Positions 38,043 through 49,736 of a DNA stretch of 64,000 nucleotides are shown here, piece after piece. Position numbers and translations under genes: made by a program. The first letter of the stretch is position 1. Each line of letters starts with the position of its first letter. Origin of the DNA: Candidatus Multivoradales bacterium (GTDB lineage: Bacteria > Acidobacteriota > Thermoanaerobaculia > Multivoradales > J023). Below the pieces are notes generated by a model. The model saw only the letters and a list, made by a program, of their open reading frames with translations, was not told where the DNA came from and did no database searches. Location: NCBI GenBank assembly GCA_965248925.1, contig CBDFLE010000006.1:3296001-3360000 (forward strand). Direction: 5' to 3'.

Positions 38043-38603
38043 TCAGGCTAGTATCAGTTCAACCTGCAGGGCGCCGAAGCTGGACAGCAGCTCGCTGGTG
38101 CGCTCAGCGTCGAACTTGGGGTCTTCGGCTTCGATCGAGATGAAAAAAGTGTCGTCGGTCGAGCGCTCGAAACGCTCCGAGTTGAACAGCCCGTGGTGGT
38201 GGCACGGCAGCCCCGACTCAAAGAGGAAACCACCGATGGCGCCGCTGGCGCCGCCCAACACCCCGCATTCGAACATGATCGGCACGAAGGCCGGCCAGCT
38301 GAACAGCGGCTTGCCGGAGATCACCAGGCCATAGCCATAGATGCTCAAGTACCACTGCATGGCCATGCCGACGGCGGCTCCCGTAAGCCCCAGCACCAGC
38401 ATGTAGAGCGGCACCCGCGAGCGCTTCAGCCCCATCGCCTGTTCCAGGCCGTGGACCGGAAATGGCACGTGGGCATCCCACTTCTCAAAGCCGTGGTCGC
38501 GCACCTTGGCGCAAGCGTGCATCACCGCTTCGGGAGTGTCGAACTCGGCCAGCAGAGCAAAGGCTGAATTGTTCGCCATCGACTGAATCTCCGTCTCGCT
38601 CAT
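38043..38603 (-). CDS. actD: Alternative complex III subunit ActD (DUF3341)
   Basis: [32 protein letters not shown]. Confidence 0.9.
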   Translation of the reverse strand: MSETEIQSMANNSAFALLAEFDTPEAVMHACAKVRDHGFEKWDAHVPFPVHGLEQAMGLKRSRVPLYMLVLGLTGAAVGMAMQWYLSIYGYGLVISGKPLFSWPAFVPIMFECGVLGGASGAIGGFLFESGLPCHHHGLFNSERFERSTDDTFFISIEAEDPKFDAERTSELLSSFGALQVELILA

Positions 38604-39982
38604 TGCGGTCGATTGTGGACGTGGGCCGCGGGCAAGACACCCTTGACCTCAGACATCGCCACGATCGGCAAGAAACGCACGAACAGGGTGAACATGGTGA
38701 AGAACAAGCCGAAGCTGCCAATGAACAGCGAGACGTCCCAGAAGGTCGGCCGGAAATAGCCCCAACTCGACGGCAAGAAATCAGCGTGCAGCGAGGTCAC
38801 GACGATCACAAAGCGCTCGAACCACATGCCGATGTTGATGACGATCGAGACCACGAACAAGGTCGGGATGTGGGTGCGTAGCTTCTTGAACCAGAACAGC
38901 TGGGGCGACAGCACATTGCAGCTGATCATCGTCCAGTAGGCCCAGTTGTAGGGGCCGGTGGCGCGATTGATGAAAGCGAAAGTCTCGTAAGCATTGCCGC
39001 TATACCAAGCGATGAAGAACTCCATCGAGTAGGCATAGCCGACCAGCGTGCCGGTGAGCAACAGCATCTTGGCCATGCGGTCGAAGTGCAGCATGTTGAC
39101 GATGTGGGTCATCTTGAAGATTACCCGGCAGAAGATCATCAGCGTCACCACCATGGCGATGCCCGAGAAGATCGCGCCGGCAACGAAGTACGGCGGAAAG
39201 ATCGTCGTATGCCAACCCGGTAGCTGCGAAGTGGCGAAGTCGAACGACACCACCGAGTGCACCGACAGCACTAGTGGCGTCGCTATCCCGGCGAGCAGCA
39301 GGTAGGCCTTCTCATAGTGCGACCACTGCCGCATAGAGCCACGCCAGCCCAGTGCGAAGATGCCGTAGATGCTGCGCCGCAACTTGGTCTTGGAGCGGTC
39401 GCGGATGGTCGCCAGGTCGGGAATCAGACCCAGGTACCAGAACAACAGCGACACCGTGCCGTAGATCGACACCGCGAAGACATCCCACATCAGCGGGCTT
39501 CTGAACTGCGGCCACATCTCCATCTGGTTGGGGATCGGCATCATCCAGTAAGGCAGCCAGGGGCGGCCGATGTGGATTCCGGGGAAGATCAGCGCACACA
39601 TCACGGCGAAGATGGTCATCGCCTCGGCGGTGCGGTTGATCGAGGTGCGCCATTTCTGTCGCACCAAGAAGAGTACCGCCGAGATCAGGGTACCGGCGTG
39701 GCCGATACCGACCCAGAAAACGAAATTGATGATCGGCCAGCCCCAGGCCACCGGAATGTTGTTACCCCAGATGCCGGTGCCTTCCCAAAACAGCCAGGCG
39801 ATCGAAATTCCGAGCAGAGAAAGGCCGCCGAGTGAGATGGCGAGGGTTATGTACCAGCCCAGCGGCGGCTTCCATTCCGTTGGCTGTGACACCGCCTCGG
39901 TGATGTCATGGAAAGTGGGGTCGCCCTTGATCAGTGCGGGGCGGGACTCGATCGGATCGATTTCGGCTACGGCATACGCCAT
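38600..39982 (-). CDS. actC: Alternative complex III subunit ActC (NrfD/PsrC family)
   Basis: [65 protein letters not shown]. Confidence 0.93.
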   Translation of the reverse strand: MAYAVAEIDPIESRPALIKGDPTFHDITEAVSQPTEWKPPLGWYITLAISLGGLSLLGISIAWLFWEGTGIWGNNIPVAWGWPIINFVFWVGIGHAGTLISAVLFLVRQKWRTSINRTAEAMTIFAVMCALIFPGIHIGRPWLPYWMMPIPNQMEMWPQFRSPLMWDVFAVSIYGTVSLLFWYLGLIPDLATIRDRSKTKLRRSIYGIFALGWRGSMRQWSHYEKAYLLLAGIATPLVLSVHSVVSFDFATSQLPGWHTTIFPPYFVAGAIFSGIAMVVTLMIFCRVIFKMTHIVNMLHFDRMAKMLLLTGTLVGYAYSMEFFIAWYSGNAYETFAFINRATGPYNWAYWTMISCNVLSPQLFWFKKLRTHIPTLFVVSIVINIGMWFERFVIVVTSLHADFLPSSWGYFRPTFWDVSLFIGSFGLFFTMFTLFVRFLPIVAMSEVKGVLPAAHVHNRPQ

Positions 39983-40142
39983 GGTCCGGGGACGCCTCCA
40001 GGGTCGGGGATCGCTTATCTGGCTAAGGCGGGATGTATAGCAGGACAGAGGCCGGGGGGTCAACCAAAGCATGGCTCGCGGGTAACCGGAAGGGACTCGC
40101 AAGCGGCCTTCAAAGGCGGGGGTTGAGGAATTCCGCGAAAGT

Positions 40143-41528
40143 CTAGTTTACGCCGCCGTCGAAGGGTCTGCCGAGGGCTGCTCGGGCGGCGTTGCGGCCG
40201 CTGCGGATGCAGTCCGGCAAGCCGACTCCGTGGTAGGTGCCGCCGGCCAAATGCAGCCCTGCGGGCAGTGATGCTTCGAGTTCGGCGATGCGTTCCACAT
40301 GGCCGACGTCGTACTGCGGATAGCCGCTCGGCGAGTGGAACAGGCGGCGCAGCACCGGCGCGGCGGTAGCGCCCATGATTTCGCCCAATTCTTGCTGCAG
40401 CTCGTCGAGCAGCTCCTCTTCGTCGGCAAGAAATGCGCTCTCGCCGTCGGCACCACCGAGAAAAACCCGCAGCAGAGCCATGCCCGGCGGAGCGCGGTGA
40501 TCGAACTTGGTCGAACTCCAGCTGCAAGCGAGGATCCGCCGTTGCTCGCGGTGGGGGACGAAGAAGCCAAATCCATCGAGACCCTGAGGGAGGTCGCTCA
40601 GGCGGTAACCAAACGAGGCGTTGACGATCGGCACCAGACGGAGCGAGCCGAGGCTGAAGGCGAGCTGGAAGTCGCAACCCATGAGCAGTTCACTGGCGAT
40701 CACCCCTGGCAGCGCCACCACCACATGGCGGGTGCTCAACACCTGACCACTCGACATCCTGAGGTGCCAGCCTTTACTCATGCGGCTGATGCGGACGATG
40801 GCCTTGCCGATCCGCAAGTTGCCGGCTGGCAGCTGTTGGTGCAAGGCGCTCACCAACTCTCCGAGGCCGCCTCGCAGGCTCCAGAAGAGCGGTTTGGGCG
40901 GCTCGGGCGCGTGCTCGAATGCAGCGGTCAGACTGCCGTGGCGTCTTTCCATGGCGGCGAGTTGCGGATAGGTGGCGCGCAGGCTCATGCGCTCGACATC
41001 GGCGACATGAGTGTGGGCCAGAATCGGCTCCGCCAGGCACTGCAAAAGCTCGCTGCCAAAGCGGCGCCGGACAAAGTCGCCGACACTCTCGTCGCTATCC
41101 TCGTCGCGTACTGGAATCTCCCGTTCCTGGGCCACCCGAGCCAGCCCAGCTTCGCTCAGCAACCCGGTGTCGCGGAGATCCTCCAGTCGCGTTGGCACGA
41201 ACATGCGCAAGCTCTTAGGCAGCGGCACCAGCTTGCCGTCGTGTACCAGGAAGGTGCGCCGTCGTTCATCGCGGCTCGGCAGCAGCCGATCCTCCAAGCC
41301 GAGTTCGCGAATTAGTTCCAAGGCCCAAGGTTTCTGCGGAACTACCGAGTCGGCGCCGGCTTCGAGTACGAATCCGTCTTGTTCCTCAGTGCGAACCTTG
41401 CCCCCCAGTTTCCGCCCGGCATCGATCAGCAAACAGCGCGGCGGCTTGCCGTAGCCTGGACGGAGTGCTTCGTACAAGGCGGCCAGGCCGGTAATGCCAC
41501 CGCCGAGAACAATCAGGTCGTAGCTCAT
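40143..41528 (-). CDS. hemY: Protoporphyrinogen/coproporphyrinogen oxidase (HemY family)
   Basis: GGGITGL FAD motif, [28 protein letters not shown]. Confidence 0.9.
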   Translation of the reverse strand: MSYDLIVLGGGITGLAALYEALRPGYGKPPRCLLIDAGRKLGGKVRTEEQDGFVLEAGADSVVPQKPWALELIRELGLEDRLLPSRDERRRTFLVHDGKLVPLPKSLRMFVPTRLEDLRDTGLLSEAGLARVAQEREIPVRDEDSDESVGDFVRRRFGSELLQCLAEPILAHTHVADVERMSLRATYPQLAAMERRHGSLTAAFEHAPEPPKPLFWSLRGGLGELVSALHQQLPAGNLRIGKAIVRISRMSKGWHLRMSSGQVLSTRHVVVALPGVIASELLMGCDFQLAFSLGSLRLVPIVNASFGYRLSDLPQGLDGFGFFVPHREQRRILACSWSSTKFDHRAPPGMALLRVFLGGADGESAFLADEEELLDELQQELGEIMGATAAPVLRRLFHSPSGYPQYDVGHVERIAELEASLPAGLHLAGGTYHGVGLPDCIRSGRNAARAALGRPFDGGVN

Positions 41529-41612
41529 GGGCCTAGTCTTGCCAGAGTTGGAAGGTGGCGTCAATGTCGTTTGTCAACTTCCGCGCCAAGAGTTCGAATG
41601 GGTAAACTCCGC

Positions 41613-42872
41613 TCAGCGGTCCCCAGCCGGCGGCCTCTCCTCTTTGACGAATGACGGCATCCCCTGGAAGGCCGGGGGGCGGCCAGTGCCAGACATGCCC
41701 TGTTCCATCAGCTCGGCGGTGATCAGCCGCTCGCCGCGACTGTGGGCGAAGCTCTCCATGCCCTTCTTGACCTTCTTGCGGATAAAGGAGATCGGGATGC
41801 GCTCCAGCCGGGTGAGGGCCTCGGCGGACCACACCAGCGGGTGCTCTTCGAGTGGCAAGCCGGTAGGTTGGTAGGTACAAGCCGGGTCCTCGGCCAAGTA
41901 GTCGCCATAGGCAGCGTGAGCCCGGCAGCGGCAGCCGCCGCACAGCGAGTTGAACTCACAAGCGCCACAGCGTCCCTTGAGCTGACCGAGATCGCGCAGT
42001 TCGGCGAACACCTGTGAGCCATGCCAGATCTCGGTGAGGCTCTGCTGGCGCACATTGCCGGCCACCACATCCATGTAGGGGCAGGGGGTGACATCGCCTT
42101 GCGGGGTAATGCGGCAATACTCCGTGCCGGCCATGCAGCCGCCGCTCTCGTGGCCGCCCTTGCCGCTCTGGTAGGCTAGGCGTTTGAAATGCGGCGCGCA
42201 TTTTGAGCGCACCAGCATCGGCTTGTAGTCCTCCTGGACATCCACCAGGTTGCCGAGCAACGCTTCGGTGTCGGCGGCGGCGAGGTCGTTCATCCGCTGG
42301 CCGCGGCCGGTTTGCACCAGGAAGTAGAGGTTGAAGCTCCAGGCTCCTTTCTGGCGGGTGAACTCGATCAACTCGGGAATCTCGTCCCGATTGAAATCCA
42401 TCACCGTGGTCTGCACCAGCACTTCGAGCCCGTGCGCCTTGGCTACCTCAAGAGCGCGTACCGAGTGTTCCCAAGAGTCCGGACCGCCCCGGAACTTGTT
42501 GTGCTTGGCCGGGTCGATCGAGTCGAGGCTGATGGCTACGCCTTGGATGCCGCATTCGACCATCTTCTGCGCCACCCGGTCATTGAGCAGTACGCCATTG
42601 GTGCCCATCACCGTCCACATACCCAGTTCCGAGCAGCCGGTGGCGATGTCGAAAATGTCCTTGCGCAGCAGCGGCTCGCCACCGGTGAGGATGACCATCT
42701 CGGTGCCCAGGGCCTGCATCTCAGGTAGCAGCGCCAGGCATTCCGTGGTCGTCAGCTCGCCCTCTGCTTTTTTGCCCGCCGACAGGTAGCAATGTGGGCA
42801 ACGCAAATTGCACAGCTGGGTCAAATTCCAGGAGATAAGCGACGGGCGTGGGGCGGATGGGTCGGTCGACAT
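41613..42872 (-). CDS. Radical SAM/SPASM protein (NirJ/AhbD-like) with C-terminal PCP_red domain
   Basis: WNLTQLCNLRCPHCY, TGGEPLLR; SPASM GCMAG...PCPY...CGAC...CGGCR...DPAC; tail WSAEALTRLERIPISFIRKKVKKGME. Confidence 0.85.
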   Translation of the reverse strand: MSTDPSAPRPSLISWNLTQLCNLRCPHCYLSAGKKAEGELTTTECLALLPEMQALGTEMVILTGGEPLLRKDIFDIATGCSELGMWTVMGTNGVLLNDRVAQKMVECGIQGVAISLDSIDPAKHNKFRGGPDSWEHSVRALEVAKAHGLEVLVQTTVMDFNRDEIPELIEFTRQKGAWSFNLYFLVQTGRGQRMNDLAAADTEALLGNLVDVQEDYKPMLVRSKCAPHFKRLAYQSGKGGHESGGCMAGTEYCRITPQGDVTPCPYMDVVAGNVRQQSLTEIWHGSQVFAELRDLGQLKGRCGACEFNSLCGGCRCRAHAAYGDYLAEDPACTYQPTGLPLEEHPLVWSAEALTRLERIPISFIRKKVKKGMESFAHSRGERLITAELMEQGMSGTGRPPAFQGMPSFVKEERPPAGDR

Positions 42873-43224
42873 CGGGCTTGCTCGGGAGAGGAGGTAGCGG
42901 CGAATGCTAGCACGGCGGAGAGTCTAGGTTGGTGGCTGGTCAGGGGTGCCCGTGGTCCCAGAGCCCTATTTCGCGGCTATCGGCAGCGGCAGATTGCGAG
43001 CTTACGGCGCATTGTTCACCTTCCAGGCGACCCATGCGGGGTCGGAGGACCGCTCCCAACCCACTCGAATCAACGGCAAAGTGCAAAACGAACTGTCGCT
43101 GCTCAGTTGACCTCACCCTTTAGGCCAATTTTGGTGAGACGGACCTCTTCGGGTTTCTGATGTCCTGGCGAAATCGAAAGTTGTTGTCCGGCCGAGCGCG
43201 TTGGGATTCCTCTCCACGCCTGCT

Positions 43225-43386
43225 CCATTGCGGTGGCTGCGGTCCATGGCATGGGCTACCTTCTTGACCTGGAATTGTCGGCACATTGCCAACGCGGAGA
43301 TTCGCCATCGGTTGACGGCCGCGGTTTTGGAGAAAGGATACGAGCTGCCGGTCATCTGCACGCCGGAAGAGCTGATAGGAGAATAA
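43225..43386 (+). pseudogene. PIN-domain toxin remnant (5'-truncated, frameshifted)
   Basis: IAVAAVHGMGYL in one frame continues as LTWNCRHIANA...PVICTPEEL in another frame near 43260; the N-terminal part is missing. Confidence 0.7.
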
Positions 43387-43388
43387 CC

Positions 43389-43592
43389 ATGCAGCGGGAC
43401 CCTATTGTCGAAGAAGTTCGGAGGATCCGGGAAGCCCACGCGGCCAAGTTCGACTATGACCTGGCCGCAATCTGCCGCGACCTACGCCGGCAGCAGCAGG
43501 AGCCCGGCCGCAAGGTTGTTAGCCTGTCGACCCAGCGAATTCAGCCGCGTGCTAGGGCCGCGTCTGTGCCCCAAGGCATACCACTTGGGTGA
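43389..43592 (+). CDS. Small protein typically paired with this PIN family (putative antitoxin)
   Basis: DPIVEEVRRIREAHAAKFDYDLAAICRDL motif directly after the PIN remnant. Confidence 0.65.
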   Translation: MQRDPIVEEVRRIREAHAAKFDYDLAAICRDLRRQQQEPGRKVVSLSTQRIQPRARAASVPQGIPLG

Positions 43593-43647
43593 ACACTCAC
43601 CCATATCGGTTGGATCAGGGGATGTGTTGCCTGCAAGGCGATCTGGT

Positions 43648-43684
43648 GATCGAGTGGGATCGAGTGGGATCGAGTGGGATCGAG
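43648..43684. repeat. 10-bp tandem repeat (GATCGAGTGG)x3.7
   Basis: Directly visible, intergenic. Confidence 0.85.
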
Positions 43685-43729
43685 ATATCCTGAATATGGC
43701 GTAAGTTGTTGTAAACAAGTGTTCCCGAC

Positions 43730-45607
43730 TTGGGTGGCACTCTGAGTGGCACAGCGCTGCCACAGATCGAGGCCTACCGCCCGCTTCTACCTTTAAGCCT
43801 GTCGGTCAATGTGGCAGTCGGCGACGCGCTGGGCCTCGAGCGACTGGCCAGCTATCACTTGGGAAACATCCTGATCCACGTCGGCACGTGCCTGCTGCTC
43901 TACTTCTTCTTCAGTGAGCTGTTGCGCTTAAGACCGGGACTTTCGTCGGCTGGCCTACCGGCTTCGCACCTTTCATTTCTCGCGGTGCTTTTGTTCGCGA
44001 TGCACCCGGTCTCGGGCGTACCGGTCAACTACATCTGCGGCCGCGAACTTGAGATGATGATGTTCTTCATGGTGGCATCGCTTTGGGTCTACGTGCACAT
44101 GCGGCAGCGCGGCGACACGATCGGCGGCTGGATCTTGGCTCTCGGGCTGCTGACTCTGTCGCTCCTGGCGAAGCAGAACAGTGTTGTGATGCCGGCGCTG
44201 GTTCTCAGCTTTGACTTGCTGGTGGCTCGAAGGCCGTTCTCGGATCGTCGGGTCTACGGGCGCTTCTTCGCCTTTGGCGCAGTGGTCGCGGCGTTCTTCG
44301 TCTGGACTGAAGTTGTGCTCGACTTTTCGGATCTTGGTCAGCTCAAGACGACCTCCAATACACCTTGGATCTACGCCTTGACCATGGCTCGAACGCACGT
44401 CTTCTACTATCTTCGCAATGTGGTCTGGCCGTTCGAGATGCGGGCATTGCCGCGCATCGACCCGGCTGAAGCTTGGACCGATCCGGCGGTGCTTCTGGGG
44501 GCTGGAGTGATCCTCGCTTCGCTCTGCCTTGCTGTCGCCCTAAGAAAACGGCTTCCGCTCGCCAGTTGGTCGATCCTGGCCTACTGGCTGCTCTTTGCAC
44601 CGACGTCCTCCATCCGTCCCTTCCGCTACTTGGCTGCCGACTACCGGCAATATCCGTCACTGGCCTTCTTGGCTCTGGCTTCGATCCTGGTGGTTTTCAG
44701 CCTTTGGAGACGGTCCGCCGTCACAGCTCTGGGGCTGGCCTTCGGGATCTACTTTTCATTCTCGACCTTCGCGATCAATCGCATCTGGAGAACGGAAGGC
44801 TCTCTCTGGGCTCAGAGTGTGCGCTACGGCACGGAAGCTCAGGGTCATTTGAATTATGGATTGAGCGTCGCCGGACGAGATCCGCAGCTCGCCGAGCAAC
44901 ACTACAATAAGAGCCTCGAGCTTTCTCCGGGCAATGTCTATTCGCTCATCAACCTGGCAATGTTCGAGATCAGTCAGGGCCGGCAAGCCGAGGGACTCGC
45001 AACCATTCGCGAGGCGGCGAACCGCTCCCCCGATTGGAGCTTGACCCATTACTGGCTGGCACTCGCCGAGCGCCAGACTGGCCACGAAGAGCAGGCTCGG
45101 ATGGCTGCTATTCGAGCCGCCGAGCTCGATCCCCGCAATCCGGAATACCTCTACCTCGCCGCGCACGAGCTCCAGTTGGCAGGACAGGTGCCTCGGTCGC
45201 TCGACTATCTGGAAAAGCTCCACGAGCTCCGACCGGGTTTTCGCGACGCGGACTTCCTTCTCGGCTTCGCTCTCTTGGGTTCCGGTCGCTTCGAGGAAGG
45301 CCTGGCGGCTAGCGAGCGCGCGATCGAGATCGATCCGGATCATCTCGACGCTCGTCACAATCTGGGCTACGCCCACCGGCAACTCTCAAACTACGAGGCC
45401 GCGGCGGAGGTCTTTCGCCAGGTCTTGGCAAGGGATCCGTCGCGGGTCGTCACGCACTACGAGCTGGCTTCGACTAATGCCGAAAGCGGTCAGCTCGAAG
45501 CGGCGCGCCAGACCTTCGGAGTCCTTTTGCAGCTGGATCCGGACCATCAGGCGGCGTTGCGCGGCCTGGAGCGGCTGGAGTCACGCGACGAGTCCTCTGA
45601 GCACTAA
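43730..45607 (+). CDS. TMTC-like glycosyltransferase-fold membrane protein with TPRs; probably 5'-truncated
   Basis: [28 protein letters not shown].....LW, TPRs. No convincing start or first TM segment. Confidence 0.7.
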   Translation: MGGTLSGTALPQIEAYRPLLPLSLSVNVAVGDALGLERLASYHLGNILIHVGTCLLLYFFFSELLRLRPGLSSAGLPASHLSFLAVLLFAMHPVSGVPVNYICGRELEMMMFFMVASLWVYVHMRQRGDTIGGWILALGLLTLSLLAKQNSVVMPALVLSFDLLVARRPFSDRRVYGRFFAFGAVVAAFFVWTEVVLDFSDLGQLKTTSNTPWIYALTMARTHVFYYLRNVVWPFEMRALPRIDPAEAWTDPAVLLGAGVILASLCLAVALRKRLPLASWSILAYWLLFAPTSSIRPFRYLAADYRQYPSLAFLALASILVVFSLWRRSAVTALGLAFGIYFSFSTFAINRIWRTEGSLWAQSVRYGTEAQGHLNYGLSVAGRDPQLAEQHYNKSLELSPGNVYSLINLAMFEISQGRQAEGLATIREAANRSPDWSLTHYWLALAERQTGHEEQARMAAIRAAELDPRNPEYLYLAAHELQLAGQVPRSLDYLEKLHELRPGFRDADFLLGFALLGSGRFEEGLAASERAIEIDPDHLDARHNLGYAHRQLSNYEAAAEVFRQVLARDPSRVVTHYELASTNAESGQLEAARQTFGVLLQLDPDHQAALRGLERLESRDESSEH

Positions 45608-46887
45608 GGAAACGTGTTCCCGGTCCACAGACAATAGACGCCGAGGTTGACCGTGCGGTCGTTGAAGACGTCCTCGTTCTCAACCCGGCAGAGCCAGGCA
45701 TCGTCGTTCCCCGGATCGACCCCAGAGTAGATCAACTCGACGTCATCGGCCGACCCGGCATCGCCACAACTGCCTTCTGCTGCAATGAACTCAAATCCCA
45801 CCGTGAGCGAAAGAATGGAACAGCTGCTGGTGTACTCACAAAAGTCAGCAGTGTTGTTACAGTTTGCGGTCCTGACCAACCACCAGGTCCCCACCTTTCC
45901 TTCTAGGGGGCCACTCGGGATGACAGTGGCCGGCCCGTCCGGGCCTGCTGGACCCGCTGGACCTTGGGGGCCAATAAATGAGTCCCCCATGGGGCCAAGG
46001 TCACCCGTCAAACCGGTCGGCCCCAGCGGGCCGGTCGGTCCGGGGGGACCCTGGGCTCCATTGGGTCCTCGGGGGCCAAGGGCGCCGAGGCGAATCGCAC
46101 CTTCGGGCCCGGTGGATCCGGTCGGGCCGATCAGTCCGGTCGGCCCCGCGAGCCCGAGGGTTCCCGTGGGTCCAGACAATCCGGTCGGTCCAGATGGGCC
46201 TAAAGGCCCCGTAGATCCGATCGGTCCATCGATGCCATCGCTCCCAGTGGTTCCGTCGACTCCGGTCGGTCCAGAGGGTCCGAGATCACCGGTGAGACCT
46301 TGGGTCCCCACCTCCCCGGTCGGTCCGGGTGGGCCAGGATCGCCCAAGGCTCCTGCGGCTCCGATGGGTCCTGGCGGACCGGTCGGTCCTGGTGGACCCT
46401 CTGGCCCGGCAACGTCGCTAGGAGCACCCGCCGGTCCGGTGGGTCCGGTGGGCCCGACGGGCCCTGGGTCGCCATCAGGACCGGTTGGCCCGGCGAGCCC
46501 CTCCGGCCCGCTGGGGTTGATGGTCAGATCGTGAACGTCGAATTCTCCATCGTTGGCGCCGCGGGTCACGATGAGCAGATAGTCCCCTCCGGGACATCGC
46601 GGAGTACCCATGGCGTCCGGCGGGCAGAGCGCAAGGATCTCGGTAGCCGTCGGTGTACCCGCCACCGCCAAGGAGCCGAGTTGGCCGAGAGAGACTTGCA
46701 AAGGGCTGAGTCCGCTGTCCAGGCCTTCGCCCTCGATCTGGATCAGGTCGACGTCCCCGATGACTACGGTGACTTGGTCGATGCTCATCTGGGCGATCGC
46801 CTGACCTGGCACGGTGAGGAACATCGCCGTCGCGGCAAGGGCCATCACCGCTACCCTCTCAAACGAGGCCCCGGGGCTAGTAGACAC
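45604..46887 (-). CDS. Secreted collagen-like (Gly-X-Y) protein
   Basis: AAGGAG RBS then GTG at 46887; signal peptide; Ig-like N-domain; long GPT-rich tract; Cys-containing C-domain. Confidence 0.8.
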   Translation of the reverse strand: MSTSPGASFERVAVMALAATAMFLTVPGQAIAQMSIDQVTVVIGDVDLIQIEGEGLDSGLSPLQVSLGQLGSLAVAGTPTATEILALCPPDAMGTPRCPGGDYLLIVTRGANDGEFDVHDLTINPSGPEGLAGPTGPDGDPGPVGPTGPTGPAGAPSDVAGPEGPPGPTGPPGPIGAAGALGDPGPPGPTGEVGTQGLTGDLGPSGPTGVDGTTGSDGIDGPIGSTGPLGPSGPTGLSGPTGTLGLAGPTGLIGPTGSTGPEGAIRLGALGPRGPNGAQGPPGPTGPLGPTGLTGDLGPMGDSFIGPQGPAGPAGPDGPATVIPSGPLEGKVGTWWLVRTANCNNTADFCEYTSSCSILSLTVGFEFIAAEGSCGDAGSADDVELIYSGVDPGNDDAWLCRVENEDVFNDRTVNLGVYCLWTGNTFP

Positions 46888-47920
46888 AGAAGACTCCTTG
46901 TACATATTCGGTCGCAACCTCACGGTTGATTCGACACTTCCAGGTTCTCTGCGAGCTGTCGCTTGGATCCAATCCAGAGTAATAGATCCAGTTCGGCGAA
47001 TCATGAAATCCGTCGTTTCCGGGATCCGTTCCAGCCCCACAGAGGCCGAAGACGGCCGTCATGCCTACAGGGCAAGACACAGTGTAGACAAAGGGATCGG
47101 CGCCACCGCTGTTCAAGGTTCCGATTTGGCTCCAGAAACCTTCCGGGTTGTACGGACCGCGGTCTCCCGTCGGACCGGTCGGTCCAACCGATCCGATCAG
47201 AGAGTCTCCAGGCAGTCCTTGACTCCCCTGGGTACCCTCGGGACCATCTGCGCCTGCTGGCCCCGCGGGCCCGGTCTGGCCCTCAAACCCCGCTGGGCCG
47301 GTGGCACCTTGGGGCCCGGTCGGACCGGTCGGTCCTTGGGGTCCCGTCGGTCCTACCAGTCCCGTGGGCCCTGCGGGTCCCGTGGGTCCGGCGGGTCCCG
47401 CTGGGCCGGTGGCACCCTGGAGCCCGGTCGGCCCGGTCGGTCCGATCGGGCCGGCAGCGCCCTGCGAACCGGTGGCCCCTTGGGCGCCGGTGGGTCCGGT
47501 AGCACCCATCGTTCCGGTCCCGCCGGGCACTCCAACGCTTCCTGAGGATCCGCTCGGCCCAGTGGGTCCTGTGGCTCCCGTTGGGCCTACAGCACCTTGC
47601 TCTCCGGTGGGGCCGGTCGGCCCTCCTGATCCGGTGGGCCCAGTTGCACCAGCGGGTCCCGTAGAACCTTGAGATCCTATTGGCCCTGGCGCCCCGACCG
47701 CCCCGGTTGGACCCTCGGGACCCGTCGGCCCTCGCGCACCAAGGGTCAGATGAAAGGCGTCGCTTTCAGCGTCGCCGCCGCCCCGCGCGACCACCAGAAC
47801 GAAGTCACCCGATGGGCAAGTCGGCTGTCCGGAGCCATCCTCCGGGCATTGCACGACAATCTCGGTGTCGGAAGGACTCCCGAGGATTGGCAGTGCGCCG
47901 TAGTTGCCGAGGGTGACCAC
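46877..47920 (-). CDS. Collagen-like protein paralog, 5'-truncated
   Basis: Begins midway through the N-domain (VTLGNYGAL...CPED...TC..GDF); GPT tract; C-domain ending GVFCVY. Confidence 0.7.
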   Translation of the reverse strand: MVTLGNYGALPILGSPSDTEIVVQCPEDGSGQPTCPSGDFVLVVARGGGDAESDAFHLTLGARGPTGPEGPTGAVGAPGPIGSQGSTGPAGATGPTGSGGPTGPTGEQGAVGPTGATGPTGPSGSSGSVGVPGGTGTMGATGPTGAQGATGSQGAAGPIGPTGPTGLQGATGPAGPAGPTGPAGPTGLVGPTGPQGPTGPTGPQGATGPAGFEGQTGPAGPAGADGPEGTQGSQGLPGDSLIGSVGPTGPTGDRGPYNPEGFWSQIGTLNSGGADPFVYTVSCPVGMTAVFGLCGAGTDPGNDGFHDSPNWIYYSGLDPSDSSQRTWKCRINREVATEYVQGVFCVY

Positions 47921-48906
47921 CAGGGGCCGCTGGCTCCAGCGAGGCCTGGGCTTCCTGTAGAACCCTGCGGACCGCTATTCCCAGCGGCGCCCTGCGGGCC
48001 GTCGGGTCCTGTAGGCCCAGGGGGTCCGGGGGCTCCGGGAGCTCCGGTCGGTCCGGGGAGTCCGGAGATCACTTCGCCGGTTGGCCCCTGAGGACCCATC
48101 GGCCCCTCCACGCCAGCTTCTCCAATGGTCAGGTCATAGTCTGCACCTGGCCATTCCTCCCGCGCAGACGACAAGGTCAGCCGGTAGTCGCCGACTACAC
48201 AAGTCGGCACCCCCGTAGGATCTTCGGGACATTCCACTGTCAGTTGGTTGGCGGTCGGCGTGCCCACGATCGACAAAGGGGACGAAGTACCCAGACGTAC
48301 CGCGAAACCGCTGGTTGAGTCGGAAAAGCCTCCATCGAGAGCCTGCCCTCTCACGGCCAAGGTGTCTTGGGCTCCATAACCTACGGTCACACTTTGGATC
48401 GTCGGAACCGCTTGTCCGAGAGTCGAGGACCAGGCAAATGTGTTGCCGGACTCAAATCCGTCGGCAAAGATCAATTCTCCAGCAAACCCGCCAGTCTTGC
48501 TCTCGGATCTCGCTTCCAGCTCGATCGCTACCGTAGCCCGGTCTTCGAGATAGGCCCGGTCTAGGTCTCGAGCCTGTACCGTCAGCAGATAGGTGGAGAA
48601 CGCCCCTTCGGAGTCGAGTGGGCGGGCATTGGCGACGAAAATCTCACCGGACCGCGGATTGATGGCGAACGCCGATCCGGTATTGCCGCCGAGGATCGAG
48701 AATCGTAAGCGCTGCCCAGGAACACCATCTACCCTAACCTGGCCGACGCTTTGCCCTGGTACCGGTCCGGCTTTCAGGACGAACTCCTGATTCGGCAGAA
48801 AGAAGGTATCCGGCTGGCTTGCAGCCACGACCCCGAAGCTTGCAAACCAGCCGGCGGTCAAGAACAACCCGACGGTTGTGACTCGGTGGTGGGCGGAGAA
48901 AATCAT
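47921..48906 (-). pseudogene. Cadherin-domain + FADGFESG + collagen-like protein, broken by an out-of-frame junction at ~47925
   Basis: Cadherin motifs [29 protein letters not shown]; the collagen tract stops abruptly at GASGP/WWSP. Confidence 0.65.
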
Positions 48907-49172
48907 CGGCGTGTCCCTTGGTCCAGTGTGACTGTTCTAGCTCCCCTGCCACCCCAGCGTTTCAGCTTGTCATCGCTGCCGGTCCTACTCTCGGCCTGGT
49001 CGAAGGGACTCTGCCGGGGTTCAGGTAGCCTCTACATTTGAAAGCGCAGAATTCCTAGCTCTGCCATCACGAGAAACGGAAAAAGATTATTCGGAACTGT
49101 TGGAGGCGCGAGGCGTGAATCGAACGTCGCTGCCTCGGCCTGCTTGCGCGCGCGAATGGGCGCGGTTTTCGG

Positions 49173-49736
49173 TCAGCGCTGAAGCTCGTGGCGCAGCCAG
49201 GCTCGGGCAGCCTTCCAGTCGCGCTCGACCGTTGCGACCGACGTATCGAGGACCACCGCCGCCTCACGGTTGGTCAGTCCGCCGAAAAACCGCAGCTCCA
49301 CCAGCTGGGCTGGCCGCGGGGCGATTTCGGCAAAACGCTCGAGTACTCGGTGGAGGTCGAGCACGTCGACATCCGGTCCGGCCAGCGGTGTAACTCGGGT
49401 GTCGAGCGTGATCCGATCGGCGGGACTGATGCGCTTATCGGCCTGTAAGCGCCGGCCGTGATCGACGAGAATCCGCCGCATCGAACGCGCCGCCAGGGCA
49501 AAGAAATGCGCCCGATCAACGGCCTTGACGTCGGTGCCGATCAGCCGGACGAACGCCTCATTGACCAGCGCGGTGGGCTGCAACGTATGACCAGCACGCT
49601 CGCGGCGCAGGTAGGCGCTGGCAAGCCCCCGCAGCTCGTCGTACACCCGAGGCAACAACTCCGCGGCCACGTCCTCGTCGCCCGCGCGCCAGCGCGAGAA
49701 AAGTCTGGTGACGGCGCCTTCCGTCTGATCGTTCAT
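49173..49736 (-). CDS. ECF sigma factor (TIGR02999-like)
   Basis: VYDELRGLA, HTLQPTALVNEAF, MRRILVD, VELRFFGGL, TVERDWKAARAWL. Confidence 0.92.
   Translation of the reverse strand: MNDQTEGAVTRLFSRWRAGDEDVAAELLPRVYDELRGLASAYLRRERAGHTLQPTALVNEAFVRLIGTDVKAVDRAHFFALAARSMRRILVDHGRRLQADKRISPADRITLDTRVTPLAGPDVDVLDLHRVLERFAEIAPRPAQLVELRFFGGLTNREAAVVLDTSVATVERDWKAARAWLRHELQR

Noticed and set aside
32785-43684. CRISPR array from the short repeats at 32785 and 43648
   Set aside because: Contiguous 10-12-bp tandem units with no spacers and no cas genes.
45785-48091. Plus-strand GP-rich collagen-like ORFs
   Set aside because: Antisense mirror of the minus-strand Gly-Pro codons; no signal peptide or globular domains.
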